NCBI RefSeq assembly: GCF_000497125.1 | Contig: NC_090601.1 | Span: forward strand, 62,001-126,000 | Direction of reading: 5' to 3' | Source: Spironucleus salmonicida | Taxonomy: Eukaryota | Length of the DNA stretch: 64,000 bases | Shown: positions 1-13,578 of the stretch, in pieces | How positions within the stretch are numbered: the stretch's first letter is position 1 | How the letters are laid out: each line of letters opens with the position of its first letter | Made by a program: the position numbers and the translations under genes | Notes under the pieces: generated by a model | Told to the model about the DNA's origin: nothing | The model's database searches: none | The model's input: the letters and a program-made list of their open reading frames with translations, nothing else

Positions 1-869
1 TTAATTGGATTAATAAACTCCTCCATTTATAAATCTCTCAATACCGAGTCATCTTCAAAATTTTTAAATACTCTTCTATTTTTTAATTTTTCTACTGGTT
101 AGTAATCACTATATCTTAAATTTTCTATTTTACTGTTCTGAAATTTCTGATACTAAATATCTAAAGCATCTTAGTTTACATTTGATTTTCTGAAATTTCC
201 AGATAATGTAATATGTTCTTTTTAATTGTTTAAATTTGTAGATTAAAATTGCATTTATTTTAAAAAATTTCCTTCAACTTTAGGTATCCCCTTTTAAATT
301 ACTTTCTTTTCAAATCTAGCTAACACTATTTCACTAACACTATTCAAATTTAGATCAACTTTGATATATTAGTAACTAGAATCTAATAAATTAGCTAGTC
401 TTACTGCTCCACTTGTCTAAATTTTATTTTTGCGTAAGTTTAATATTTTTATTAGGGATTAATTTTTTAAATTTAAAGCTAATCCATCTATTAAAATATC
501 TAATTATTGGTTAGTAATATCACAATCTCTGAGATCTAATTCTTCAACTATACAATGAGGTGATCCAATAAATATGGATAATTATTTGAATGATGACTGG
601 AATATATTTCTAGAGATTAAAAGTTATTTTAAACCTTTCGGGCTTGTTATTTAATTTGATAGCACACTAAATAACTCTATAAATTAGGAATTATTTAAAT
701 TAGAAGCGCCTAAATCCAATGATTCAATATACAGACATGGGAGAACAATTAAAAACTCTCTAAACGTATGCTCATTAAATTCACATTACCATAAATCTAG
801 AATTTTGGCTGGTGAAATTGATATGGAGCGAATATGGTCAAAAGTTATCTTTGAAAATCTATAAGTCAT
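1..869 (-). CDS. Leucine-rich repeat protein (RNI-like); 3' end runs off the window
   Basis: Code-6 translation MTYRFSKITFDHIRS... contains LRR units IESLDLGASNL, VEELDLRDCDIT, IKILNLRKNKIQTSGAVRLA. Confidence 0.7.
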
Positions 870-1210
870 ATTTTTGTGTATACTCAATAAATCTGTATAA
901 TAACGTAAATTTGTGAAAAATAATAAAGTATTATAAATTTCAATGATAATTAAATTTATTATAAGTCAGATCATATATATTATTAAAGTTATTACCGACA
1001 GAATAGCTTAAAGAAATACAAGCTTTTAAACAACATTAACTTTAACATTTGATTGTGTTTGATACTGCTAATTCAACTAACTTAATTCGTATTATATTAA
1101 GCTATACCTCACTTTACATTCATAATGCAAGATTTTTAGATAAGTAATATTCTCTTATTAATAAAATAATTATTATCTCATTATTTATACATTATATATA
1201 ATTATTATAT

Positions 1211-2575
1211 TCACTTGGTGTTATTCATAAATTAAAATTTTTTAACAACCTAAATAAAACCGTTCTTTGCTACTCTCTTTTAATCTCCATAAAGGCATTG
1301 CCATTTTAACCCACTAATCTATCTTTCTTGTTTTTATATGTTCTTCCATTAATCCAAAGTTAGTCTATTTTGCGCTAAATTACTTTATTTTGATAGCCAA
1401 ATTCGCTTGACCTCATCTGGTGGTGGAAAATACTTATCGATCGTTATCCTAAACATATCATCCAAAAGATAGGGAATCAAATTCCATGAAACTGCAGAGC
1501 TTAATTCAATGCATGGATTCGAATTTACTTCAATAACATACGGTTATAAATCTTCATCTAGCATAAAATCGAAACCAAATAATTCAAAACAGTTTTTAGT
1601 TTGCGCGGATTAAATGAGTTTAATTGAAGCTGCTTACATTGTTTATGCCATAATTTTTTAAATCTTTGGCCAAATTTCCATCAAAAACGATATTTATTTT
1701 AAGTCTTAAATAATTATTTCAAATTCCTCAAAGCTAAGCATATTTCCTTCTTCTTCAACAGAATATGTTTTACTATACTATTACACAGCATTATTTGTTA
1801 AATGTATAGCTGCATCCGTAGAATCTAGCGAAAATTCAGTTCCTGATAATCGTAAATACCCTGACTTATAGACAAAACAAGAACCATTATCAAGAGCTAA
1901 ACTGAAACAGCGTATGTCAAATTTTCTATTTTTAATTAAAAGTGGATTTTCTATGTATTTTTAAATAAGAAATGGCTAATTTTAACATGCTTTAGTAATA
2001 TCTTCAACAGTTTTTATCTCTTTTATTTTTTCCGTTTAAAGAAGCAATCCATTAACATGTTATTCTGCTTCATCTAATGTTGAAACAACCTATATCCCTC
2101 GACCTCTGTTTAATCCTACTGGTTTAAGTATCCATAGATTCTTAGTTAATTTTTAAGTATATTAATACTCCACTGGTGCACTATATTCAACTTCTGGATC
2201 GATATCTAATTCATCCTTTATGTATAGAAAATGGTCAATAAATTTTTATTTCTCATTTCCTTGATACATATATGTTGGCATCAGAAATTTAAAGGCATCA
2301 TTTCCTAAATTTTTAGTAAGCAATTTGTAAAATAAAATTTTAGAGTGCAAAACATTATAATTTGGTAGATGTGAATAAATTTATATTCCAGGTCTTAGTC
2401 TATTATAAAATACTGGAGCTGGAGAGTATTATTACCATCTAAGATTAAAAATATCAGAATCTTCTGTAACCTACCACCATGGTCTTGTTAATATTATATA
2501 TTTTATCAAATGTGCATTATTACCCAAGCCTAAAGACAGATACTTAAATTCATTTTGGTTATCGTTTATTTACAT
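1211..2575 (-). CDS. Tubulin-tyrosine-ligase-family protein (TTLL, glycylase-like)
   Basis: 454 aa; LWILKPVGLNRGRGI, FLIQKYIENPLLIKNRKFDIR, HLTNNAVQ, FELFGFDFMLDEDLQPYVIEVNSNP. Confidence 0.9.
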
Positions 2576-2649
2576 TTATTAAGTTAAATATTTATATAAA
2601 ATTATGTAAGTATAATTTTGATATAAAGAATATTATTATACTCAAACAA

Positions 2650-3240
2650 ATGTATACTAATTCATACCTTCAAATGAATTCAATTACAGTATTAAATCGT
2701 TATCACACAGAATTGACAAAAATTATCTAATTAATATAAAAGCAGTCTCCTCCTCCGTTTTAGCTTATTGAAGAAGCTTTTTAAACATTGTAGAAGTATA
2801 GAAATGAATTAACATCTGCAACTGCAAAGGCCAAGGCTTTAGTAGGGCAAGAAAGATAAGCACTGTAATCTGCGACATTGTAACACAAAAATTAATTTCA
2901 AACTTTTTCATCTTAACTTTAATAATATTAGCCTTAATTTTAAATCCCACAATAAAATTTAAGCATGGAAACACTAGCTTTAGACGCAAGAACACACCTT
3001 GATATTGGTGCAACATAGGCTAAGATATCAGCTTAAGAATTAGATCGCTAAAATATATAGCTCACTGGTATTTAATTAGTAGCAGAAAACGTTAGAACTG
3101 GATTTTAAAAAGGTGGTAAACTTGCAGATATCATATCATGTGATGAACGTAAACATTATATCGCATAAATATGTTGCTCTTGCGCTAGTATATTCGCCTT
3201 AATCGTGGTAGCTATTTTGAAAATGGCTATTAAAAAGTGA
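2650..3240 (+). CDS. Vti1-like Qb-SNARE
   Basis: 196 aa; helical N-terminus, SNARE heptads with ELDRQ zero layer, C-terminal TM (CCSCASIFALIVVAIL); alternative start at 2674. Confidence 0.65.
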
Positions 3241-3254
3241 ATGAAACTCATCGC

Positions 3255-3815
3255 TCATATAACACTAAAATGTTCAACAGATTCCGTGTGCTGAAGAGTT
3301 TTAAAGTCTAGCAAAGTTAGATCTTAAGTAGTCTGTTTATTTTAATATGCATCCATTAGTGAATTTCCCAATTTTCGCATTAGTTCCATATTTTATTATT
3401 ATTCTTTTTTAAAATCCTCTATTACATGTTTAAGTTATGACTCCAAATTAATATAAATATTAAAATCTTCCCTTTTTTTCATTATATTTACTTATTGATA
3501 AAGTGACTTATTATCATTAATTGATATTCGAAGCTATTTTTCCAAGGCTTTAATTAAACCTTAAGTAGGGCCTTGAAACTTTTTACTAATTGAAGTTTAT
3601 TCATCATAGAGTTGTTCTTCCAGAGTCTTATTTGAATCTTAAAGCTTTTTAATCTTATAGCTTTATACTTATATTTAATTTTTCATAAGTTTTCTCTCCT
3701 TGCGCAGTAATTACAGTTCATGAGCAAATTTTAATAATCTATCATCTTATGTATAATTTGTGGCAGGTCTCAAGCCTTGTGATGATTTTAATGGCAATGA
3801 TTTTATTTATTTCAT
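3255..3815 (-). CDS. Hypothetical coiled-coil protein
   Basis: 186-aa ATG-to-TGA frame under code 6, K/E/Q-rich. Confidence 0.6.
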
Positions 3816-3869
3816 TTTTATTATGATATATAATAAAGTATGACCATTTTACATATTTGTTTTAAAAAG

Positions 3870-4346
3870 ATGCCTGAGTTACCTTTAGTGCAACAACCTG
3901 TTCATCCATTATTCGGCGGGGCTATAACAATGAAAATAAGTGAAACATTTAGAGATACATCTGTAATATAACCATTAGCTGATACTAGAGAATAATTTTA
4001 CTCTCCTGAGAATAGAGTTACTCTTGTAATAGATATAATGATAATGTTAGAAAAAGATATTAAAGAATCACTAAATACATATCTAAGAGACATAGATGTG
4101 TGTTCTGATTCTTAGACTACAGTTTAATAATATTTTGAAAAAGGGGATTGGAAATTTTTGACTGGATTTTCGAAAGGTAGCCAGCACCAAGGTAATATGT
4201 GTTTAGGAGTCCTTAGAGATCAGTCAGTTAGTACGGATTTTTTAGTTTACACCTTTTCTAACAGTGAAAATATTAATTACATCCAAGACTGTGTGATTTC
4301 TGCCTAATCGTTTAAACTTCTAAATAAAAGTTTATTCACCTAATGA
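3870..4346 (+). CDS. MOG1: Mog1-family Ran guanine nucleotide release factor
   Basis: 158 aa; HPLFGGAITMKISETFRDTSVIQPLADTREQF matches the Mog1 N-terminus; ends FKLLNKSLFTQ. Confidence 0.75.
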
Positions 4347-4376
4347 TTATATATAATATAATTAAAATATTTTTAA

Positions 4377-5144
4377 ATGTCAAAATTTTTAGTTGGTCAT
4401 GCAAGTATAGACATAAAACATCAAACGATGACAACTATTAAAAATTCATAGCTTATAACAACTAAACTGGATGATTCTGTTCTGATATATGCCGAATAGG
4501 TAATTTCTTCAAATGATCAGGGAAATTGTATTTTATTCATAAAATCTGGAGGTTTTGCTAGATTATATTAAGCTTAACTTTATGAACAGCATTTAACATT
4601 ATAATAATTCCCTACAGCATCTGGAAACTCATTGCCTACCTTTGAAACATGTACAATAGCGTAATCTGGAACTCTAGTTGGAGTATTAGGTAAATATAAG
4701 AATCAAATATTGCTTTATATTTTTGATTTTAATAAATGTACTGCGGCTAGAATTTAGTCTAATAATTTAAACAGTCAATCCAAAATTTTTTCAGCAAATG
4801 GAAGGTTGATGATATTTAATGATAAAACCACTTTATATGTAAATATAGACAATTTAAGTGTAGATTAATTATATAATATGAGTCCAATAATACCTCATGG
4901 TAATTATATTAGTATTTACCACAAAAAACTGCCTATTTTTGTATCATCTGATGGTATTTGGTCTTATGATAATGGATTATTTTTAAAAATTTCACCGGGA
5001 ATTTTAGAATGCGATATAATTGGTAATTATTTTGTTAATTTGACGACGAGCTTTATAAAAGAAATTCCATAATTAATTGTAGGATTGGAGCTTGAAAAAC
5101 AAAATTATGTATAATGCAAATAACTGATAAGTTTTGATGACTGA
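4377..5144 (+). CDS. Hypothetical protein (beta-rich)
   Basis: 255-aa frame containing supplied ORF 4878-5072 in frame. Confidence 0.6.
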
Positions 5145-5192
5145 TTTTATAATTATTATATTTAAAAACTATAAATATTCTAAAAATAAGAA

Positions 5193-5765
5193 ATGATCGT
5201 ATTATTATCTAATTGTTTCAAAGGATTCACTAACATGATAGTCAAAGAGGACAATATTAATTTTGAGTTAATTGCTGAGCAAGTTATTGATTGCCAAATA
5301 GGACTTAATGAGATTTACTATATATAACTTGAGCAGCATACTTTAATAGGAACTTAGGAAATGAAATTTAAGATCGGCCTATCTTAAGCAAGCATAGATT
5401 ATTAAGAGGAATATACAAAATTTTATATAAACAATCCATTTGTTGTGTCCATACAATATATAAACGAAATTGGAGATGTGTATGATGAAATAATAAATTT
5501 AATTAATAGTAACAATGGTAAAATGATTTCACTTACTATATCAGTTGTCATTTTACTGATTTTTCTTGTTTTTCTTATTCTATTCCTCAAACATATTTAT
5601 TACAGAAACAAGAAGCGTTTAAAAGGAAATGATTATATTATGGCGAAAGAACATTAAAAAATAATGATACATCATTAAAAAAGACTACGTAAACTGAACC
5701 CTGGTTTTTTAGTTGATTTTAATGAAGTATAAACCTTGTAAGAATAAAATCTAAAAATTTATTGA
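5193..5765 (+). CDS. Single-pass membrane protein
   Basis: 190 aa; short hydrophobic N-terminus MIVLLSNCF, TM ISLTISVVILLIFLVFLILFL, basic cytosolic tail. Confidence 0.7.
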
Positions 5766-5802
5766 TTATTTAATATTGTATAAGATATGATTTATGTTTT
5801 TA

Positions 5803-5815
5803 CCACTTCAAAACT
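5803..5815 (+). promoter_or_regulatory. Example of the recurrent CCACTT-type motif just upstream of ATG
   Basis: ccacttcaaaact-ATG; similar motifs precede ATGs at 13579, 32586, 44859, 46040, 39727(-), 37610(-), 49611(-). Confidence 0.6.
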
Positions 5816-6901
5816 ATGGAGGAATATCTTAAACGCAATAATGAATTGCACTCTTTTATTCAATAAACTATTACCGAGGCAGCAAATACAAAACCTGAAG
5901 ATGTAGGTGCTTTTATCTTATAGAAATTAGAGGCAAGACCCGACGTATAAAGTAGTGCAAAAGTACAATAGGTTACTGAATCCTTAATGGAAAATATTGA
6001 GGAGAATGAAACTCCAACAGCTTAACCGATGAGGCGTCGTGGTCGTACTATGTATTCTAAAAAAGTTGAAGAAAAAACCGTATTTGAAAAGTTTGATAAA
6101 AATGAAACTGAGTTAGCGTTACTACTTAATGGCCTAAAATCATCGCCTTTAACATCATAATATTCGGATATTTATCATATTGAATTTGCCTAAATAATGA
6201 AACCATTTGATTTCTAGTAAAATGAAAAAATTATTGTTTAGGGAACTAAAGGTGATTATTTTTATGTATTAACTGCCGGTACTTTGGATGTTTTGGTGGA
6301 TGATAATAAGGTTAATACACTTAAACCAGGTGCTGGATTCGGAGACATGGCATTGTTATATAATTAACCTCGTAATGCTACTATTTTATGTGTATCTTAA
6401 TGTAAATGCTTTGGATTTATAGGTGATGATTTTAAGTCTCTTATTATGCATTTACGTACTTCTGAAGTATAAGAGATTAAATTATTCTTGCATACAGTTA
6501 GAATGTTAGATAAGCTCGAATCGCAAGAAAAGTATGTTATTGCATAAGCATGTAAAAAATAACTTTACTCTGCTAGTAATCATATTATTACTTAAGGAGA
6601 AGCAGGAGAGTCATTCTTCTTCCTTTGTCAAGGCTAGGTAGAAATTTTAGTGGATGGTATTCGTGTTAACTTATTAAATGCTCCTAGCTACTTTGGCGAA
6701 GCAGCTTTGCTTCATAATGCACCTAGGAACGCCACTGTTAAAGCGATGAACGATATCGCATGCGCTTAATTAGATAGAGGTACATTTAATAATTTACTTG
6801 GACCTTTAACTGATATTATGGAAAGAGATAGAATTCCAAGCAGTGTTAGCATGGAATAAATTAATTTGGCTATGAAACCTGTAAGTGACGATGATCAGTG
6901 A
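5816..6901 (+). CDS. PKAR: cAMP-dependent protein kinase regulatory subunit
   Basis: 361 aa; docking/dimerisation-like N-terminus (KPEDVGAFILQKL), RRRGRT linker, two cNMP-binding domains (FGDMALLYNQPRNAT, YFGEAALLHNAPRNAT). Confidence 0.92.
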
Positions 6902-6955
6902 TGTGAAAATAATTAATATTATATTTATGATATTAGATATTAGTAGTTTTACTGA

Positions 6956-8734
6956 ATGGATGTAAACTAGTATATAACTAAATTAATTGATGTGGATGTA
7001 TAACTATCAAATATGTACTAAGAGTAGTAATAAGTAATACAGTAGGAATTATCTTTAAAGAAAACATATTAAGATGAGATGGGGTAATTAATTGATTAAC
7101 TTTCAGAACAGAAATCTTAATTAGTTACTGATGATATCGTATTATAATAAGCATAAATTTCTCAATACGCAGATGAATACTATTAGTCGCATTTTTCCAT
7201 ACTTTCAAACTTAAAGTCATGTTTATAAATAATAGAAGCTAGGTAAAATAATTTATCACTATATGATAATTCATAAAAACTCATTGCGAAGAATTAATTT
7301 ATTGATGTGATTAAATTAGTCGCAAATAGTTTTAAAGGATCAAACCTAATAAGCACTTAGTTTATTGATAAATAATGTAAAACATTTGACCTTATAAATA
7401 CATATATAAATAATTTAGAATAAAGTACAATATTTTCTTCTTTCAACCCTTAGTTAATTTATTACTAATCATTAAGTACAGACTTCAATAATATAATTTA
7501 ATTTTATACTAGTTTTATTGAAAAAGAGCAAATACCAAATTAGTTATGTTAATAAATTAAATTTTTATCAGATATGACGTAAACTATTGTTCATTAGCTA
7601 GAACTGTTATTTAAAATTTTAATATAGCTCTATGAAAACTAATACTATCATTTTTTAACGTAGATGTTTCATAACTAGTATATGTTCTATATTATTGAAG
7701 ATAATATTGTTGACTAATTATTACAGCGTGTTGTTATTATTTTTGATAAAATATATTCATTTATTTAAAGAATAGAGGAAAATAGTGATCTTAAACCTAG
7801 TATAATTTTGACTACCATCAATCTTCTTACTAGATTTGTAAAAATACTTCAACTAAAAACTGTATAATTTAATGAATATCTGACTAATGTAGATCACAAT
7901 TTTATTGAGACCGTTTATTCGAAAAAAATTACCCCAGTAATGAAACTAAATACTACATCTATTAATTCATCATTAGAAATGTATTTTTCATATTTAATGG
8001 AACTTTCGAAAGAAGCCTTCAAAGTAACAGTTCTATCATAATCTGATATGCTAGGTACTGAAATTATTTCATAAATAAAACTTACCATTGATAATTTTAC
8101 AAATATTGAGGCAATAAATTTTGATATGCAACTATATATTGATGATTATTTGGTATTTTGCTAAAAATAAATTATATAAATTATTGCCTAGCTAAGTTTA
8201 TAATCAGCATACTATCTTAGTTAAAATTTAAAATAGTATATAACTACATTATAAATACCGTTAGAAGCTAGAATTACTCATTTTCTCACTATAAATGTTA
8301 ACTTAGCACTCGAAACACTTAATTCAGCTATTTTTAGAGCAGCAACAACATAAGATTTTTCATCTCTAACTGATGAATTAAATCAGGCGTACTCAACATA
8401 ATCTGGATAGTTTGATGCATAGCCACACGCTCCATGGTCAGCACGATTTAGTGTTCTTCTCATTAAATTAATAATTAAATAAATATATACCATTGGAAAA
8501 TCAGTTAAAATTTAAAATATTAATACTGCTTTAGTAGGAATTAATTTATTTTAAAGAAGCATTAGTTAATTGCTGCATATGAGTGGAGGTTAATATGTAC
8601 TTATATTAAGATAATGGGTAAGTGTTAGTTCAAGTATTAATATTGATGAAGTATTAATAATTAAAGAAGAATATGGAGGATAATGGAAGATAGATGGAGA
8701 TGAATAATTAATTTTACGTGCAAATTTAAAGTGA
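6956..8734 (+). CDS. Helical-rod protein, possibly COG4-like tethering subunit
   Basis: 592 aa; N-terminal coiled coil; C-terminus QWKIDGDEQLILRANLK resembles the COG4 terminal motif (weak). Confidence 0.45.
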
Positions 8735-8809
8735 CAAGAATTGGTTTAACTATATCTTAATTTCATTTTATACTATTATACATTATATGGTATTAACTTC
8801 TTTATATTA

Positions 8810-9925
8810 ATGCACAATAATTCGGTAGCGAAAGAAAAGCTTCAGCCTATTTTTCTAGTCCAGTTATCTATTGTTTTAAATTATAGTACTATTATGATAC
8901 CAATGGCATCTATGTATTAATCCTAAGATTCTAGTTACTTTAACTATTTAGTTTTATAATTTTTATTTGTTCAAATTTCAAGATGTGGACATATTTAATA
9001 TTTTTTTAATGATGAAAGCATCCCATCAATCAGATTTTATTCATACTGTAATTCATTAATAATAACATTATTTGTATCTACTATTTTAACTATAGTTGAT
9101 GTTAAATTTTCTGTATTTTTCAGCTATTTACTAGCAATACCATTTTACATTGAATTTTAGATATTATTATATTAATAATAATACGGAGAATGCTTTTTTA
9201 TGCAAATACTTTAGTTTACATCTGCTTTAATGTTATTTAGTTATTTTCCTACTAATATACCTTTATAAATTGGTTATAGATGTTTGATTTAATTGATTAT
9301 ATCTTTAGTTCAAAGGTTTTACTATGTTATTACCTAAGATCCTGTCAAAAAAATGGAATTTAGACTTTCAAAAATTATGGTTCCGTTTTTTACGTTACAC
9401 CTTGGATTTTTCATAGGAAACTCAATACTTACTATCTCTTTATTATGCTCTGGAGACTAAATCTTAATTGACAGATTATAATGTTTACTCACTATAATGT
9501 GTAGATCATTATTTTTCCTACCTTTTCCGACAAATTTTAATTATTTCTAAACTTCATAGATAGTAGGAATATGTATATTCCCCATTTTGATTATTATTCT
9601 CTGTCTAGCTTTATCTTATTTTAGCAAATATTTTTCTTTACTTTATATGTTTACACTATTGTTTTAAATTATTCCTGCAATTTCTCTATAGATTTGTTAT
9701 TTGCTAGTACTGCCCACTAACTATATTCTCCTTTAAGTATAAAGTTTTGTTATGATTATGCTTACCAGTTATGTAGATAGTCTTAAATCAGAATTATCAG
9801 ATCACAATATTTATTTAGTATGGTAATGCTCAGGATTCTGTGTGGATTTATTCTTTATTGTGTTCTTTTTTAATAAGTTTATAAAAATTAGGGATAGCAA
9901 AGTTTTACTAAATAAACTTTTGTGA
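8810..9925 (+). CDS. Multi-pass membrane protein (transporter-like)
   Basis: 371 aa with about 10 hydrophobic segments. Confidence 0.65.
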
Positions 9926-9964
9926 AAATTATGTTATTATATATTATAATAATATTTGTATAAA

Positions 9965-10213
9965 ATGATTTCTAAGCCTTATTAATTAATAATGGAGGCT
10001 AAAGGCATGCACATTAGTGTAGAGTTACAGAATAATCTTTTATATAATGGAATTTTACAATTTGTAGATCATCATATGAATATAGAATTATCAGATGCTA
10101 TTTGTAAAAATAAGAAAAATGATTAAAAGTAACAAATATTCATAAGAGGCTCAAATGTTAAATTTGTAAGTCTTCCTGAGGTTCTAGAGAACTCATTATT
10201 ATTAAAGTAATGA
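9965..10213 (+). CDS. Sm/LSm protein (SmD3-like)
   Basis: 82 aa; KPYQLIMEAKGMHISVELQNNLLYNGILQFVDHHMNIEL...IFIRGSNVKFVSLPEVL (Sm1 and Sm2 motifs). Confidence 0.85.
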
Positions 10214-10274
10214 ATTAGTGAAATATTTCAGACATTATTATAATGTTTAAAATTTCATATTAATAAAAAATAAA

Positions 10275-10937
10275 ATGAAATAACGATTTAGATCTTCATA
10301 ATCGACGTCATAAGTAGATATTTATATTGCCAAGTATAACTAATAATAACTTAGTTAATCATATAAACCTCCAGTTAACAATACCAATCATTACACTAAT
10401 TTAATATAAGCGCCAATATCTTTAAAATAATAACAAAGATAATTATAATTATCTATTTTAGAAGCAAAAAAATCATAGACGTAGCATCCAAGTACAAAAT
10501 TAAAATAAGTAGAGTTACAGCCATTATAAATATTTTAATATATAGCTACTGAATATGTTGACTAGAAAGATAAGGATATCCATATGTCTGTATTAAGAAT
10601 TTAGCTGCAAATTTTAATTTCTGAAAAATTTGACTTAATTTCGTTTATTATAAATAATTTTATGAATATTAAATAAAATTTATTTAAATAATAACACGTA
10701 CAAAGCATAAGAAATCAGTCTATTTTACGAAATCCTGATCAAGTATTTGAAATAATAACTAATAATAGAAGGCGATCATCTCAATACTTTCCTCTTCTAC
10801 CTAATATGAATGAAACTCTCACATATATTGACAATTTGAAAAAAAATCGAATATTGATACGAAATCTATCAATCGATACAGCTGTCGAATCAGTAAATAA
10901 GCTAACAAATAAATTCATATAAACCATCAAAAAATGA
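10275..10937 (+). CDS. Hypothetical Q-rich protein
   Basis: 220-aa ATG-to-TGA frame under code 6. Confidence 0.55.
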
Positions 10938-10966
10938 CACTATAAATTATACACAATTACATATTA

Positions 10967-13513
10967 TCATGAAATATTTTCTTCTTCATAGCTACCCTAC
11001 TCGTTATCTTTTATTTTACCTAATTACAATTTTATCTTTAAAGACTTTTAATATGTCATTTCTTCTAATGCTTTTTCCAATTTATTTACTCGATTAGTAT
11101 GTTTTCCAATTACATTCTCTTCATCTTATTATATTTATTCTGCTTATTCTTATTATAAAGTTAACATTTTTTTTTCATAATTTGATGCATATGAATCCAT
11201 AATTTTCTACTAATCTATTAAGAATAATTCCTACTCTTCTATATATTATATAGCATTGTCTTCATCTATTTTCTATAGTTTTATAGTATTGTGTATTTAA
11301 TTAACTAATGTGGTGTCCATTTTTTCTTAGTATAATAGCATATCTTTTTCAAATTTTATCTTTAGCTATTACATTTTTAGAACATTACTCTGCATTTCTT
11401 TTGCAATTTAATCTTGTCTTTATTTAATTCTTTCATCTGCTTTGCATTTCATTTTAAGCAACTCTGGATTTATGACTACCTCTTTAGGCTCGAAAGGTTA
11501 ACCTAAAAAATATGGTAATCGTTTATTGTTTAATTATCCTTTGTTATTAGGCTATTTTATTAATGCACGGCCTTTATTCTTTTTTAATTATTTAACTTGT
11601 AGCTCTAATAATTTCCTTTATTCTTCTGCTTATTATTTAGCTTCCTCTAGCAATCGTTTTTCTTCTGCTTCGTTCAACAACTGTTATTTAATAATTCTTT
11701 CTTCTTCTTCTTTAATAATACGCTCCTCTTCTAATTTTTCAAATTCTAATCTATCTTATTCTTCTTATTATTTTCGTAAAATTTCGAGTCTCTGAAATTC
11801 TTTCTCAGCATCTACCTCTTTTCTATGTTTCTCTTCTGCCAAAAACTCCATTCTTATAGTTCTAGCCTGTGCATATGTATGCAAAATATACGACTTATTT
11901 TCGGTAAAAAGAATTTATTTTGATTTCTCAGAAAAATATTTACTGAGAATTTCAATATTTAAACTTCCCATGACTTATTTCTCCATGTCTTCAACATCTT
12001 CTTCTAATATTTTAATATCCTGTTCATCACAATAAAACTAATCCTTAATATACATTCTAAATTCAATTTAATTACTGAGAACTTTGCTCAAATAGCTTTT
12101 ACTACTTTACAAAGATTTTTACATTTATTTAGAAGTAAACTTGATCTCTTCTTCCTAATATATATTTTCAGAATAATAAGCAAGAAAGCAAGAGACTCCT
12201 TTCTTAGCTAATTATAATAACGAATGTTACTTACTGGCTAAATATTTAACTAGAAAATTCTAGTTTTCGTAGTTTTAAAACTAAACATCCTAATTTTTGA
12301 TTTTTCCTATTGCCAAGCCACCAGTACCCACATCAAAAAGCTAAAAATTTAAATCGAACTTCGAAGCACTTAAAAATACCATAGAGTGAACATGTTTCTT
12401 TATTTAACATCCAGCAGCTAGGAACGACGCATATTCTGTACTTGTATCCAAAAATTAACCATATGACATTTTAGGTGATTCGATCTTGTTTATAACCTAC
12501 ATAATAACCGTAAAACTTGAATTTTCAACATTGAAATCCTCGTATTTCTAGCAATCTAAATTATCAATTATTGCGTTCTACTGGGTGAAGGTTTTTGCCA
12601 ACTTCTCTATCTGCGTTTAGTAAATCGGCTGATTTGCGACGAACCGCTTGAGGTTATTCTCAGTCTGATTCTTATTCTTGTCCAACACGTAGCGCTGCAA
12701 AAATCCGATCGTATTTGTGAAGAATTTGCAGCTCACACCACCGCCTTTCGAGTCCTTGAACTCGCTCTTTTTAGTGTGCAAATTTGCAAGCAAATTGTCG
12801 ATTAGCGAATAGAACTGCGGAGGGTACCTGGGGGAAATTTCAGTGATTTGGAAGGTGGCAGTCTTACAAAATGGCCTTTCACAGAGTATTTTTGCTGCAA
12901 AAATGGGTGTCTTCTGCAGATTCCCGTCGAAGTTGAACTGCAGGGAAAGTTTGATCAGGATCTCCTCAGAGGGTGGAAAATAGACGCTCTGCAGCGTTGC
13001 CCCGCGGTCCGGTAAGAACATCTAGAACCACATCATATCCGACTGAATCTCAAGGGTGAGATAATTCCAAAGTTGCTGTTTTGACTCTGGAAGGAGGATT
13101 GACGGAGCGTTGAACTCTAAAAACGGGAACGTGAAATAGAAATTAAATTTGAGCTCTGTAATGACTGTTGTGATGATAATTTCCAGCTTATTGCATTTGA
13201 GCGTAAGCTGTTACTGCGTACTCTTTGAAAGAGAAACCGTGTTTGTTTATAAAAAATAACTATGTTACCAGTGGTGATTCATGCCATCAATTACATCTAT
13301 AAGTGTTAGTTTTGCAATAAACAACGGGTTGATGAACGTAGATTAAAATGCAAACTCAATTACTCCTTGAAACTATGTATTCGCTAAAATTACAGTGTTG
13401 GAATTGTAAAATATATCTTCTTATCCATAAAGTAGTATCTAAAGCTAATAAAAATCCGATTAATTTTTAGATATCCCTTTAGACGTATTAAAGTTACACA
13501 TAGCAGAATACAT
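10967..13513 (-). CDS. Large hypothetical protein with C-terminal E/K/Q/R coiled coil
   Basis: 848-aa frame; supplied ORF 12617-13021 lies in frame; charged helical region at about 11560-11850. Confidence 0.7.
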
Positions 13514-13578
13514 TTTTACAAATAAATATTAGTAATTATAATATATGAGAAAATGGTATTAGGTTCCACTTTAATCTA

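Noticed and set aside
320-344. Short direct repeat CTAACACTATT resembling a branch-point motif
   Set aside because: It lies antisense within the LRR coding sequence with no matching donor.
890-1200. About 59-codon minus-strand frame between the LRR and TTL genes
   Set aside because: No motif or clear promoter support; may be chance.
5199-5241. Possible 43-nt intron (GTATTA...ACTAACATGATAG)
   Set aside because: The donor is weak, and removal frameshifts an otherwise intact membrane-protein ORF.
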